A program made the position numbers and the translations under genes. The notes beneath the pieces were generated by a model that did no database searches, was not told the DNA's origin, and saw only the letters and a list, made by a program, of their open reading frames with translations. From the human T2T-CHM13v2.0 reference genome, Homo sapiens: a stretch of 64,000 nucleotides of DNA. This document shows positions 42,921-57,986 of this stretch, piece after piece (the stretch's first letter is position 1; every line of letters starts with the position of its first letter). The stretch lies in NCBI RefSeq assembly GCF_009914755.1, contig NC_060929.1; one strand, 5' to 3'.

Positions 42921-43312
42921 TTAAGAACATACACTCTAAAATATGTATAATGAATATAGAAGGATTTCATGAAATTACTTTTGATGAAATAAGTTTAAAA
43001 ATTGCAAGATGATAATTTTTATTATGTGTGTAAAATATATCCACATTTATTCATAGAAAAAGATCTGAAATGAAGTACTCAGAGGAATGGTGCTTATTTC
43101 TGAAGGATGGAGTATGGGTGAAAATGAATTCTTTATCAATATTTTTACCTTTTCTACAATGATTTATGTTATTTTTGATATATTGTTTTAATTAAAAAAC
43201 AAAGTTATTTTGATAATAAAAATAAACCAAAGTTTATATCATCAGAGGTGGAAATAATAGAATAGATATATTTTAATAATGAATTTAAGAGAGAAATGGA
43301 AAACCTTTATGA

Positions 43313-44301
<989 letters not shown>

Positions 44302-44328
44302 ATAGTCACATGTGAAGTGATAATCATA

Positions 44329-44692
44329 TTGTCTTAGTCCATTCTGGCTGCTGTATAAAAAACAAACTGCGTGGCTTATAAACAACAGAAATTTATTTCT
44401 TACAGCTCTGGAAGCTAGAAAGTCCAAGATCAAGACACTGGCAGACTTGGTGTCTGGTGAAGGCCAATTATTAGTCCACAGATGACACATTTTCACTGAG
44501 TTCTTGCACAGTGGAAGGGGCAAGGCAGCTCTCTAAGGCCTCTTTTCTAAGGGCACTAATCCCATTCATGGGGGCTTTGCACTCGTGACCTAATCATCCC
44601 CCAGAAGATCTTACTTCCTAATAGGATCACTTTGGGGTTTAGGATTTCAACACGTAAATTCTGGGGAGATACAACATTCAGGTACCATAGCA
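44329..44692 (-). mobile_element. MLT1A-like MaLR solo LTR
   Basis: TGTCTTAGTCCATT...CAACAGAAATTTATTTC...GGCACTAATCCCATTCATG...CCATAGCA. Confidence 0.85.
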
Positions 44693-47410
44693 TATATTAA
44701 TTGGAGAATCCAGTATTTTCTGGGGAGCATTTTATAAATGTATTTAATAAGAATCAATTTCTTGACAATTCACAAATGAAAGACACAAAGTATTATGCTA
44801 GCCATGCTAAGACCAGAGTTTACTCATCTTAACAGGATAGTAATATTCCTGAGCAAGAATGATCATAGAACCTAACCTCTTACCCCACTACCAGAAGGAA
44901 AGTATATGCTCCAGATTCCTCTGCCCCTAATTAACATAAGATTAAATCAAACAGTTGGAAGTAAGAAACTAACAGCTCTAAGAGGAAACTGTAAATCCAA
45001 CAATAAATCTCCATGGTTCTACAACTCATCAGTTTCATCCTTTCTTCCTGAAAATGCTATTCTTTTAACTGCTTAATTTTATATTGATTGGAATTCACAT
45101 CAGTTATAATCATAGTAGTTATTATGTAGTACAATTCATTTATATTTTTAATAATTCAGTTTACACTATTGCATATATACAATAACTTCCTAAAATAGAG
45201 TACAGAGGTGAGAATCAAAGACACCATATTTTTATGTGTAGCCCCCGACTTGTTTATACTAATCTTTTTATTTTTTCTGAGCATGGCACCTCTCAGAGTA
45301 GGGCTTTGAGTGGCTAATGCCTGGTCCTTTGGCCTGAGATCTGAGAGAGTGGTGAATATTGTCATTGAACACTAATTCACGAGTGAGGGTTAAAGGTACA
45401 AATTATTCAATGTTTCCCATAAGGCAAAGGATTATGGTACTAAAGTCAGAAAAGGCATCAAGAATTTCATCATTTGAAAGATCAGTATGATCACACTTGC
45501 TCTATGGAAACATGTGTTAAAGGACAGTTTTTTAAAAGGCAAAATCATGACTCTCATACAAATGTAAAATGAACATATGTCAAGATTTTAACTTATTAAT
45601 GGAGAGAATTAGTAAGATGTCAAAAACAGCTTAAGTGAATATTCAAAGGACACATATATAGCCAATGCTGAAATGAGTTTGCCAATAGATGCAAAATTGT
45701 CAATATCCAAGCCCAGTAAAATGTAATGTCTGGCCCAACCACTGCTACTGGTGCCTGAGCGTGCCATCTGGGATCCTGGCAATGGATCTGCCTACTTACT
45801 GCTGCTGGAGCCCACACACAACGTGAGGGGACTTGACAACAGGCCCATGATGCCCACTACCATCAGTGCCTATGTGTGCCATTCAGAGGCTTGAGTATGG
45901 GCCTGTATCACCCACCACCACCACTACCATTACTGGCACACACGCACACACACACCATTCAGAGGCCTGGAGATTGACCCACCCTGCCCACTGTAGTCCA
46001 TGCCCATGCACACCACCAGGGAACCTAAGGACAGGCCCTCCCTACCCACAGCCTTCACCTGTAGCACATGTATATTCAGAGACCTGGGGATCAATCCATC
46101 CCACCCACCACCATTGGCACCTTCCAGGGGCCTGAGGATGGACCTACACAGCCTGCCACTGCCACCACCAGCAGCAACCATCTGCACGTGCCACCTAGCA
46201 CTGGTCTGCCCAGCCTGCTGCACCACGACTGGCACCTGCATGTGATGTTTGGGGGCCTGAGGGTTGACCTACCATTGCTATTGCCATTGCCAATGCCATA
46301 CACACTGCCCACCCACTTAGCCCACCACTGCCACTGTCAGCACACAAGCAAGATACATGAAAACCCAAGGATTGGCCTGCCTGAACTCATTACCACCAAT
46401 GCTCATGTATGCTGCCTGGAGGCCCAATAACTGCCATACCCAGCCTACTGCTGCCAGCACTGAGGCCTGAGGACCATCCTGCCTGACATCCCAATTTCCA
46501 GCAAAGCCATGCTACAGCCTGCACTACAAATGGACCCTGAGGAATCCACAGTCACCGATTACAGCAAAAGAAATAAACAGAGACCACATATTTTACCCAC
46601 CCAGAATCAAAACCAAAGTGCCCTGCCCAACCAAAACTACAGATACATCTATTTTTAAAAGTATTTCTCTACAAATTCCAATCCATAAAATCGGAAGAAA
46701 CAATTGTAACATCAGATGCACAGATATCAATATAAGAACACAAGAAACATGAAAAGTCAAGAAAATGTGACACTTTCAAAGGAACACAATAATTCCCCAA
46801 TGACAGATTCCAACAAAAAGGAAATCCATAAAATGCCTGACAAAGAATTCAAAAAGACATTTTTAAAACTCAGTGAGACACAAAAGACCACAGATAAACC
46901 ATACAAAGAAATCAGGAAAACAATTCATGATCTGAATGAGAAATTCAAAAAGATAGATATCATAAAAAAGAACGAAATATTCTAGAACTAAAGAATTCAA
47001 TGGATTAAAAAAAAACACCATTAAGAGCTTAAACACTAGGCTAGAACAAGCAGAAGAAAGAATTTCTGAACTTCAAGACAGGTCTTTTGAAATAGCCCAG
47101 GCAGATAAAAAGAATAAATTATAAAAAAAAAAAAAAATGAAGAAAGCCAAGTAGTATAAGAGACACCATAAAGTGACCAAATATTCAAATGTAGGGAGTT
47201 CCAGGAGAAAAGATGGGCAAAGGCATAGAAAACCTATTTTTAAAAACAGATGAAAATTTCCCAAGCCTTGCAAGAAATATAGACAGTTAGATAAGGGAAG
47301 CTCAATGATTCCCCAAACAGATTTAATCTAAAGAGGTCTTTTCCAAGGAAGATTATAGTCAAACTGTCAAAAGTCAAAGATAAAGAGAAGAATCTAAAAA
47401 TAGCAACAGA

Positions 47411-48070
47411 GGCTGGCACAGTGGCTCACGTCTATAATCATAGCACATTGGGAGGCCAAGGCAGGTGGATCGCCTGAGCTCAGGAGATCAAGGCAAGCCT
47501 GGGCAACATGGCTGATATGGTTTGGCTCTTTGTCCCCAACCAAATCTCACCTTGAATTGTATTAATTGTATAATCCCCATCTGTCAAGGGTGGGACCAGG
47601 TGGAGATAATTGAATCATTGGGGGCAGTTTCCCCCATTCTGTTCTCATGATAGTGAGTTCTCACAAGATCTGATGGTTTTATAAGGGGCTTCCCCCTTTG
47701 CTCAGCACTCATTCTCTCTCCTGCCACCCTGTGAAGAGGTGCCTTCCACCATGATTGTAAGTTTCCTGGGGCCTCCCCAGCCATATGGAACTGAGTCAAT
47801 TAAACCTCTTTCTTAATAAATTACCCAGTCTCAGCTATTTCTTTATAGCAGTGTGAGAATGGACTAATACAATGGCAAAACCCCATCTCTACTAAAAATA
47901 CAAAAATTAGCTGGGTGTGGTGGCACATGCCTATAGTCCGAGCTACTCATGAGGCTAGGAGGCGGACATTGCAGTGAGCTGAGATCACACTACTGCACTT
48001 CAGCCTGGGCAACAAAGCAATACTCTGTCTTTAAAAAAGTAATAATAATAATAAATAAAATAAATAAAAA
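47411..48070 (+). mobile_element. Alu (J/early S) in L1 ORF1, split by THE1D
   Basis: TSD AAAAATAGCAACAGA at 47396-47410 and 48066-48080. Confidence 0.9.
47513..47871 (+). mobile_element. THE1D-like MaLR solo LTR
   Basis: TGATATGGTTTGGCT...GGACTAATACA; 5-bp TSD ATGGC (47508-47512, 47872-47876). Confidence 0.93.
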
Positions 48071-51000
48071 TAGCAACAGAAAAGCATCAAGTCACATATG
48101 AAGGAATTCCATCAAACTAACAGCATATTTCTCAGTAGAAACCTTATAGGCCAGGAGACAATGGAATGATATATTCAAATTGCTGAAAGAAAAAAAAAAG
48201 AAAAACCTTGCCAACAAAAATAATATACCCAGCAAAGCTATCCTTCAAAATTGAAGGGGAGATAAAGTCTTTCCCAGACAGGCGAAAACTGAGGGAATTC
48301 ATTACCATAACCAGCCCTGCAAGAAAAGCTTAAGAGAGTCCTATGTCTGGAAGTGAAAGGACAACTACCACCATCATGAAAACATATCACAGTATAAAAC
48401 TCACTGGTAGAGCAGACATACAAATGAAAAAGAGAAAGGAGTCAAATGTTATCACTACAGAAAACCACAAAACTGCAATGACAAACAATGAGAAAAGAAG
48501 AAAGGAACAAAGGACATACAAAAAATAGGAAACAATTAACAAAATGACAGGAATAAATCCTCACCTATCAATAACCTTGAATGTAAATGGATTACATCAG
48601 CTATGTAAAAGAAACAGACTGGCTGAATAAATTTTAAAAATGTGATTCAACTGTACACTGCCTACCGGAAACTCACTTCACCTGTAAAGATACACAGACT
48701 GAACGTGAAGGGATGGAAAAAGATATTCCCTAGAAATGGAAAAAAAACAAAAAAAAAAACAAGCAGAAGTAGCTATACTTACGTCAGATAAAACAGACTT
48801 TAAGTCAAAAACTGTAATGATACAAAGAAGATTATATAACAAAGAGATCAATCTGGCAAAAAAGATAACAGCAATTCTAAATATATATGCACCCAACACC
48901 AGAGTACTCAAGATATAGAAAGCAAATATTATTATACCTATGGGGAGGATAGATTCCAATACAGTTAACAGTTGGAGACTTCAGCACCCCACTCTCATCA
49001 TTGGACAGATCATCTAGACAGGAAATCCACCAAAAAAATTGAATTTAAACTACATTTTAGACCTATCAGACATTTACAGTTTTCATCTAACCGCTGAATA
49101 CACATTCTTCTAATCAGCACATGGAACATTCTCTAAAATAGACCATATGTTAGGCCACCAAACAACTCTCAGCAAATGTTTAAAAATTAAAATAATTTCA
49201 AGTATCGTCTCAGACCACAGTGAAATAAAACTAGAAATCCATAATGAGAGAAACTTGGGAAACTGTATAAACACATGGAAATTAAACAACATGCTCCATA
49301 ATAACTATTGGGTCAATGAAGAAGTTCAGAAGAAAATCAAAAAATTGCTTGAAACAAGTAAAAATATAAATACAACATACCAAAACCTACAGAATACAGC
49401 AAAAGCAGTGCTAAGAGGGAAGGTTATAGCAATAAATGCCTACATTATAAAATAACATTTTAAATAAACAACCTAGAAAAGCAATAACGAACCAAACCCA
49501 AAATTAGTAGAAAGAAAAACGTAGAGATCTCACAGCAACATTAAACAAAATAGAGACTGGAAAAAAATACAAAGAATCAACCAAAATGAAAAGTTGGGTT
49601 TTGTTAAGGTAAACAAAATCAATAAACCATTAGCTAGACTAACCAAGAATAAGAGAGAAGACACAAATAAATAAAATCACAAGCAAAAAAAGGAGAAATT
49701 GCAACTTAAGCCACAAAAATGTAAAAAACCATTACAGACTATTGTAAACAACTCTTCACTAACAAACTAGAAAACCTAGAGGAAATGGATAAATAAAAGT
49801 TTGCACTTCTATACACCAATAACAAAACCCTGATACCAAAACCTGGACACATAAAGCCTATCTAGATTTTCCCTGCTGGACTATCAGCTCAGGGAAAAAA
49901 CAAACAAACAAACAAAAAACACCAACCATGAAGAAATAGAAAAGCTGAACAGACCAATAATGAGTAATGAGATTAAATCAGTAATAAAGATTCCCAATAA
50001 AGAAAAGCCCAGGACCAAATGGCTTCAATGTTGAATTCTAGCTAACTTATAAAGAACTAACACCAATTCTTCTCAAAACTATTTCAAAACTTTAAAGAGA
50101 AGAGAATTCTTCCTACTCATTCTATGCATTACCCTGATACCAAACCTGACAAGAACTCAACAAAAAATGAAAACTATGGGCCAACATCCCTCAAACATAG
50201 ACACAAAAATTCTCAACAGAATACTAGTAAACTGAACAATTCTATCAAAAACTACATGATCAAGGATGCAAAGATAATTTAACATAAGCAAATCAATAAA
50301 TGTGATATGTCACATTGACAGATTGAAGCACAAAAATCATATGATCATCTCCATAGATGTAGAAAAAGCATTGGATAAAATTCAACATCCCTTCATATAA
50401 AACTCTTAACAAATTAGGCATAGAAGGAACATACCTCAGCAAAATAAAAACCACATATGACAAACCCACAGCTAACATCATTTTCTTAGAGGAAAGGCAG
50501 CTTTTCCTCTAAGAACTGAAATAAGACAAGAATGCCCACTTTTACCACTCTTATTCAGCATAATACTAGAAATTATACCCAAAGCAATCAGAGTAAGACA
50601 AAGAAATGAAAGGCATTAAATTAGAAAAGAAGAAGTGAAATTTTTCCTCTTTGCAGATGACGTGATATGATCTTATACAGAGAAAAACCTAAAGACTACT
50701 AAAAATTTCTTAGAACTGATAAATTTAATAAAGTTGCAGGATACAAAATCAACATATAAAAATTAGTAGCATTTCTATACATCAATAACAAATTAGGTGA
50801 AAAATCAAGAAAGCAATCCATTTACAATGGCTACCCAAAAACTAACTAGAATAAATTTAATCAAGAAGATGAAAGACTTCTACATGGAAAACCACAAAAC
50901 ACTGATGAAAGAAATTGAAGAGGACACAAACAAAAGGAAATAGATCCCATGCTCATAGATTGGAAAGATTAACATTGTTAAAATGACCATACTTCCCAAA

Positions 51001-51319
51001 GCAATCTACAGATACAACGCAATCTTTATTTTCTTAAAAAAAGTCATTTTTCACAGAAATAAAAAAAAATTACAAAATTTATATGGAACCACAAAAGATT
51101 CTGAATAGCCAAAGCAATCCTGAGCAAAAAAGAACAAAGCTGGAGATATCACACTACCTGACTTCCAAATCTGTGACAAGGCTATAGTAACTAAAGCAGC
51201 ATGGCATTAGCATAAAAACAGACACATGGAGAATCTAGAAATAAATCCACAAATTTACAGCCAACTGATTTCCAACAAAGGCACCATGAACACACATTGG
51301 GGAAAGAATACTCTTTGCG

Positions 51320-51682
<363 letters not shown>

Positions 51683-52094
51683 TTAAAACCCTACCTTTCA
51701 CCATACACAAAAATCAACTCAATAGGGGTTAAAGACTTAATCATGAGGCCCAAAATTTAAAAAGTATTAGAAAAAACAGGGGAAATTTTTCAGGACATTG
51801 GTCTAGGCAAAAATCTTATGGCTAAAACTCCAAAAGCACAGCCAACAAAAACAGACAAATGGAACAAGATGAAACTAAAGCTTTTGCACACCAAACAAAA
51901 CAATCAGAGTGAAGAGATTCTGTAGAATTTGCAAACTATTCATTCAACAAGGGATTAATATCTAAAATATACAAGGAACTCAGCTCAACAGCAATAAAAC
52001 AAGTAATCCCATTAAAACATGGGCAAATGATCTGAACAGGTATTTCTCCTTTGATTCTCACAGCCTCCCCTGGAGAAGGTAGGAGCCATGGCAG

Positions 52095-52165
52095 TATTGC
52101 CATTTTATAGACAAAATAACTGAGGCTATTTTATATTGCCATTTTATAGACAAAATAACTGAGGC
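52095..52165 (+). repeat. 32-bp tandem duplication with 7-bp spacer, within a MIR-like fragment
   Basis: TATTGCCATTTTATAGACAAAATAACTGAGGC at 52095 and 52134, identical. Confidence 0.93.
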
Positions 52166-53702
52166 ATAGAGGATAGATGATTTGCTCCAGTCCAGAGAGT
52201 TTGAAGTGGCAGTTCCAGGTCTGGAAATTACATCATCCATCTGGAAGCCCAAATCTCATTCTTTTCTACCCATGCCACAGGTGTAATATAGGTGTGACTA
52301 GCAATATGCTTTTAGAATTGTCCAGCAGATATAACACATTTAACACTGAGATCCTAGATTTTAAGTTGATTAGGTATCTGTAATAAGACTTCAGCACTAC
52401 AGAGAAAGACCTTAAAACATCAAGACCTGCAGACGACAGAAGCAAGAAGTCTCTATAATTAGAATCTGCCCTCTATTCATAGCCCCTGGCTCCTCTAGTC
52501 TCTTATCACTTCACAGCGCCCACCACCACCCCTCCGCCGCACAACCCCCAACACTGGGTCTGGAATCCTATTAATGTGAAGCTGTAGGACTCAAACCCAC
52601 CTAGTTCAAGGGACTATGACTGTTGCATTATCCCTCCCATTTAAATCACAGCAGCAGCAGAAATCTTGAGGCCAATGATTAAGCCCTCCAGCTATTAACT
52701 TGATAATCTGGCTACTAAATCCTTTTAACTGCACTGATTTTCGACACAGGAACATCCTTACTTCCAGCTGGGCTATCATCCCAGGCCACTTCCCTTTCTA
52801 AATCGCTGCTACATTTCTCCCTGCATGCCTGCCTGTACACTGTATACAGGATCAGCTCAGAGTAAATCTATTAGCAATATAGGAAACATCTCACAGAGAA
52901 TGAATTTTACTGATATCATACAGTAACTGTCAGTCATAGCTGCTCCTTTGCCCTCGTGCTGGCCACATTAAATAAATTAACATATTGGCCAGTGTTCTTA
53001 TTGTTTGTGTTCTTTGGATAGTTTGTATTATTTTTATCATGGTTATTTTTGAGATATATATACATATGGAGGGAAAAAGAATAAGCACAGTTTCAACTTC
53101 TTTTATGAAGCAACCTACCTATGATTATATTCTTGAAAAGACATTGCTAGATTATTTGGAGCTAGCTGTCAGAAAAGAATCTAAAAGAAGCTAATTCTTA
53201 ATGCTTTGGAAAGCAATTGTCTTCTTAGAATTTCAAAGGGAAGAAGGAATTTTCTGAAGAAGTGTTTTTAGAAGATGCTTCTGTTCTTTTCTAATTTCCT
53301 CCACTCAAAAAATTATTTTAAAAAAAGAAATTCAAGTTTCACTCAAAGTCAGCATCAAAATCTGTATTTTCAAACTTCTTTCAAATATTTTAAAACGCTT
53401 GACCTCCATCCTCTCTATAGAGCTATTCCTTTTGTTCTTACCACAGTTCTTCAAATGCCTAAGTCTCATAGATTGGAGACTTGTATTAGATATTAATGCA
53501 GAACAATTTTATGTCATTTTAAGAGGAAGTATCTTTGCCTATATGTGAAAGCAAGAATAAATTTCATGAAATCAAATATTTTTGACAGTTATTACATTTT
53601 CACATTTGTGTAGCCAAACTACAAAACCTAAGTCAGGGGCCTTCATCTGGTGTATCTCAGCTTTTCCTATATGGCTACCTTCACAGTGAGAAAATAATTG
53701 AA

Positions 53703-53769
53703 ATATATATATATATATACACACACATACACACACACACACACACGTACACACACACACACACACACA
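53703..53769. repeat. Compound (AT)n(AC)n microsatellite
   Basis: Seen directly in the sequence. Confidence 0.95.
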
Positions 53770-54009
53770 AATTCAGAGATTTATGCCTGAAAATTCATCA
53801 CAAATGTGTGGTTTTTTTTTTTTAAGTTAGATGAGTAGTTTGGGTTTTTTGAGGGTGGCCCACTGTTTTCTTCAAAATTTATCAGAAAGGAAATTTAAGT
53901 AAAGGAAGAATAAGCAAAGGTAAACAGAGAGGAAGGAAAAGTAATTCTGCCAGAAAAGATGACCCATTTTATTGGGTAAGATTTCACCCAGAACAAAAGA
54001 AAAAGACAT

Positions 54010-55066
54010 TGTAGGGGTAGGTCCAAAGTGGTAAAGACTCACACTTTGTATATTTCCAGACTGTAATTGTGGGTATCAACTCCCCACAGACTAACATTGA
54101 GATCATCAGGCCTCTAACTGCAGGCACCAAAGTTGTTTTTGATAGCAGCGGGAGACAGACAAATTCCAAGGCAAACAGTGATGGGTCCCCGGTGAAACCT
54201 GACCTTCAAGCCAACGACAGCCTGAAGCGTGAAAACCAAGCTGCCATTTCCAGGTGGAGTCCAAGACCAGAGTAAGAACTTCGAGTCCTTTTAGCCAATC
54301 AAATTGTGCCTTTTCCAGTCCCACTCATAGACCAATTAGCATGAACTCCCCCATTCTGAGCCCATAAAAAACCCTGACTCAGCCTCACAGCTACCTGCTT
54401 TCTGGCCCCCTCTCACACAAAGGGCCACCTACTTTGGGTCCCCTCTTGTGTTGAGAGTTTTTCTGTTGCTCAATAAAACTCTTTTCTGTCTTGCTCACTC
54501 TCTGGTATCCACCTACCTCATTCCTCTTGGTTGGGGGACAAGAACTCAGAAGTCACCCAACAGTGGGTGTGAAAACAGCTGTAACACTGTACCCTCTCTC
54601 CCACTCAATGAGAGCAGCAGAGGAGAAAAAGCTGCTGGGCACCGCACACCCCAATTCGCTGAACTGCTAGTGGTAAGAGCAAACAAGCTGTGACACAGCC
54701 TGTTTGCCAAAGCAGCAAGCAACAAGAGCAAATGAGAGCTGTAACTCTTCCTGGGGGCTCAGACTGCAGGACTCCCTGAGCAAAAGCTGTACCACCCCTT
54801 GGGGCTCCACAGTTGGCGCTGCTGCATTCCCCTCGTCTAAATGCTGGCACCCAAAGCAGAAGCTGGTTGCAGCATGCCCAGACCAGCCACAGGCTGAGTG
54901 CAGAGCCATGGCACACATGAGATCTGGGCCAGTAGCACAAGTCAAGTGCAGCCTGCCAGGCTGAGTGGGCAGGGTGAGCCCAGTGGGCCCAAGTGAAGCC
55001 CAGGCAGAAGCATTGCTGGCCATGGAGATTTCCAGCTGGTGAAGCGGCACTGAAAGAATTCTGTCA
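54010..55066 (+). mobile_element. ERV1 solo LTR, LTR1/LTR27/LTR28/MER52 class
   Basis: CCAATC boxes, CCCCCATTCTGAGCCCATAAAAA, CAATAAAACTC, GAGCTGTAAC repeats, GCCTGCCAGGCTGAGTGGGC near the 3' end. Confidence 0.75.
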
Positions 55067-56943
55067 TCTCCTCCCCCAATACAAGGGATCCAGGGCTCAC
55101 CTGGGGTCCAACAATTGCTCTTGGAAGCACTTTTACTGGGTGTCCAGAAAATGAGTGACCTTAATTTAGAAGCTCAAGTGAGGCCTGTAAATTACTGCCA
55201 GGCACTCTGCAACTGAGAATAACTGGAGCAAGTGGAAGAAAGTTCCCACTGATATGAAGAATGACTGCCAACCAAACTGGTCTTCTTAGACCCTGGCCAG
55301 CTTCTGAGCAGTGAAACCAAGCCCATCCTTCACTGTGGTTTCTTCCTCAGCCCTCTTGCTACCATTTTGCTAATTTCAGCTCTGTGCCCCAGGCATTCAG
55401 CCTCCTCCTCCTTCTGCAGCATCACAAGCTTCCCATCTACATTGTCTTTATCCAGTCCCACCAAAAGTCTTGTTCTCTTATTTTCCTTCATGATAGCCTG
55501 AGTGACTCTTCAGGAAGAGCTTCACTTATCTATAAAATATTCAAATCATAAGCAACGAAAAAGTAGTTCCACATCCATGGGATGGTTGGAGGTTGCAGGG
55601 ACAGGGGAAATGTACATAGATGTCTTGAAAAAACATAACCCCCTCTTTGAGTTTGTCTTTTTAAAATATTTTTACCGATAAATTGTAATTGTATACATTT
55701 ATGGGGTAGACACTTCTTTGACTCTTCCTTAACGAAATCCTACATAAAGGAAAAAAGTTTCTATTGCCATCAAACTACATCCAACACTCATCCGGATTCT
55801 GCTATAGATACTAAGATTTCCCAAACATGCACCCAACTTGTGAGCAACAGTTGAATTAGCAATTCGTGCACACAATTTCAACATTTCGCTCTTCATTATA
55901 GGAATACAATAGAAACTGGTGAGGTGGCAGGGGAGAAAAGTGAAAAAGAGAGAAAGTTACCATGTTATTGAACTATAGATGGTGCATCTACACCACAAGA
56001 CTCAAAAGATTTTAAAAATTGGCTGTTGTGCAGGAAAGCGGTGGGAAGAGGAGAGGGAAAGGAACCTGGGGAGAGCTTTCTGTGTGAGGGGAAGGAGGCA
56101 GCCTTTCTCTTTGAAAAGCGGATGAAGGTTAAGCCCTTGGGGAACTCTGATGATTCTCTTTCATGAACAAGCACATCTTAAACACAGCTCTCTTGAGAAG
56201 TGGCATCACCATTTCATTTCATTTCATGTTCAAGGTCACGAAAATGCTCCAAAAATAAGTTTGAAGCAGGAGCAAAACGGAAGGAAGCAAAAAAGCAGCT
56301 TTGACAACAAGATGATTATGTGAACAGGTAGGTATATTGTGCAGTAGCTCACGGCTCTTATCCTGCCAAGTCAGTCATTTAGTCCCTGCGGATATGGCCT
56401 TTGAGCCTCTTTCTTCCCCTAATGACTCAGCCTGTTTTCAGTGGCTGCTCCCTCATGGGAAGAAAGATGACAGAGGACATACACAGTAATCAGAGAAATT
56501 AGTTTTGGAAGATCATATAATACCAATCCTAATACAAAAGGACACTGTTCAAAGAAAAACAGAGTCTGGTGTTTCTTCAGGGTCACTGTCAGAGGCCCTG
56601 GACAAGCAGTGTCATAGTGAACCTGGAGTGTTTTAGAGAATGCAGCAGAAATGGACCCCATATATTAAATGCCTCTGATACCCAAACCAAATTTGCAGTT
56701 TCTTTGATGTATTTACTTGTCAGTCTTTATGCCAACACCAAATCCTATTCTTTTTCCTGAAGCTTCATTGATAACTATTTCTATCCCTTTACTCCATTTC
56801 TGTCCAGGATGCAGTTCAGTGACATCTCCACTGCTATTTGCCACAGCTCTACAAACAGACTCCTGACCTCTGGTAACCTACAAACTTCAGTCCAGTTTGT
56901 GTGCCATTGCCAGATCTGTCTCTGTAAATCACCATTTATTTTA

Positions 56944-57270
<327 letters not shown>

Positions 57271-57446
57271 CTTGTTCCATTGATTACTCTTCTGTCTGTT
57301 TAATCAAACTGTGCCTCTCCATTCTTTCCCACTAATACAAAAATATGCTTTGGTTTCCCTTTATACTATATCATAGTAATAGTCTGTTCTCTTGAGCATA
57401 TTGGCTTCTCCAGCTACTGCTATACTTACCTCTTCTCTAGCCCCAC

Positions 57447-57986
57447 TGTTACCAGAAAGGAGAACAGATCCATACCCCAAGAGAGGGTTCTTGACTCCTG
57501 CACAAGAAATAATTCAGGGCAAGTCCACAATACAAAGCGAAAGCAAGTTTATTATGAAAGTAAAGGGATTCCCTAAGTGGAGGAGCCCCAAAGGCTGCTG
57601 GCTGCCCATTTTTATGGTTATTTCCTGATTATATCCTAAACAAAGAGGTGGATTATTCATGCCTCCCCTTTTTAGACCATATAAATTAACTTCCTGATAT
57701 TGCCATAGCATTGGTAAACTGCCATGGTGCTGATGGGAGTGTAGCAGTGAGGACGACCACAGGTCACTCTCATAACTATCTTGGTTTTAGTGGGTTTTGG
57801 CTGGCTTCTTTATTGCAACCTGTTTTATCAGCAATGTCTTTACAACCTGTATCTTGTGCCAACCTCCTATCTCGTCCTGTGGCTTACAATGCCTAACCAT
57901 CTGGGAATGCAACCCAGTAGGTCTCAGCATTATGTTACCCAACCCCTGTTCAAGATGGGGTTGCTCTGGTTCAAATGCCTATAACA
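57447..57986 (-). mobile_element. MER41A-like solo LTR
   Basis: Minus strand starts TGTTATAGGCATTTGAACCAGAGCAAC; AAAAGGGGAGG joins CATGAATAATCC directly (no MER41B GAS insert); flanks CCAC/ACAC. Confidence 0.85.

Noticed and set aside
45725-46560. GC-rich region with overlapping ORFs as a gene or CpG-island promoter
   Set aside because: CpG-depleted, repetitive and directly upstream of L1 ORF1: it is the L1 5'UTR.
57422-57431. U1 snRNA pseudogene (ATACTTACCT)
   Set aside because: The match stops after 10 nt; better read as a minus-strand splice donor.
57447-57986. Interferon-inducible MER41 STAT1 enhancer
   Set aside because: The MER41B segment carrying tandem GAS (TTCNNNGAA) motifs is absent here; none was seen in the 43689-44301 copy either.
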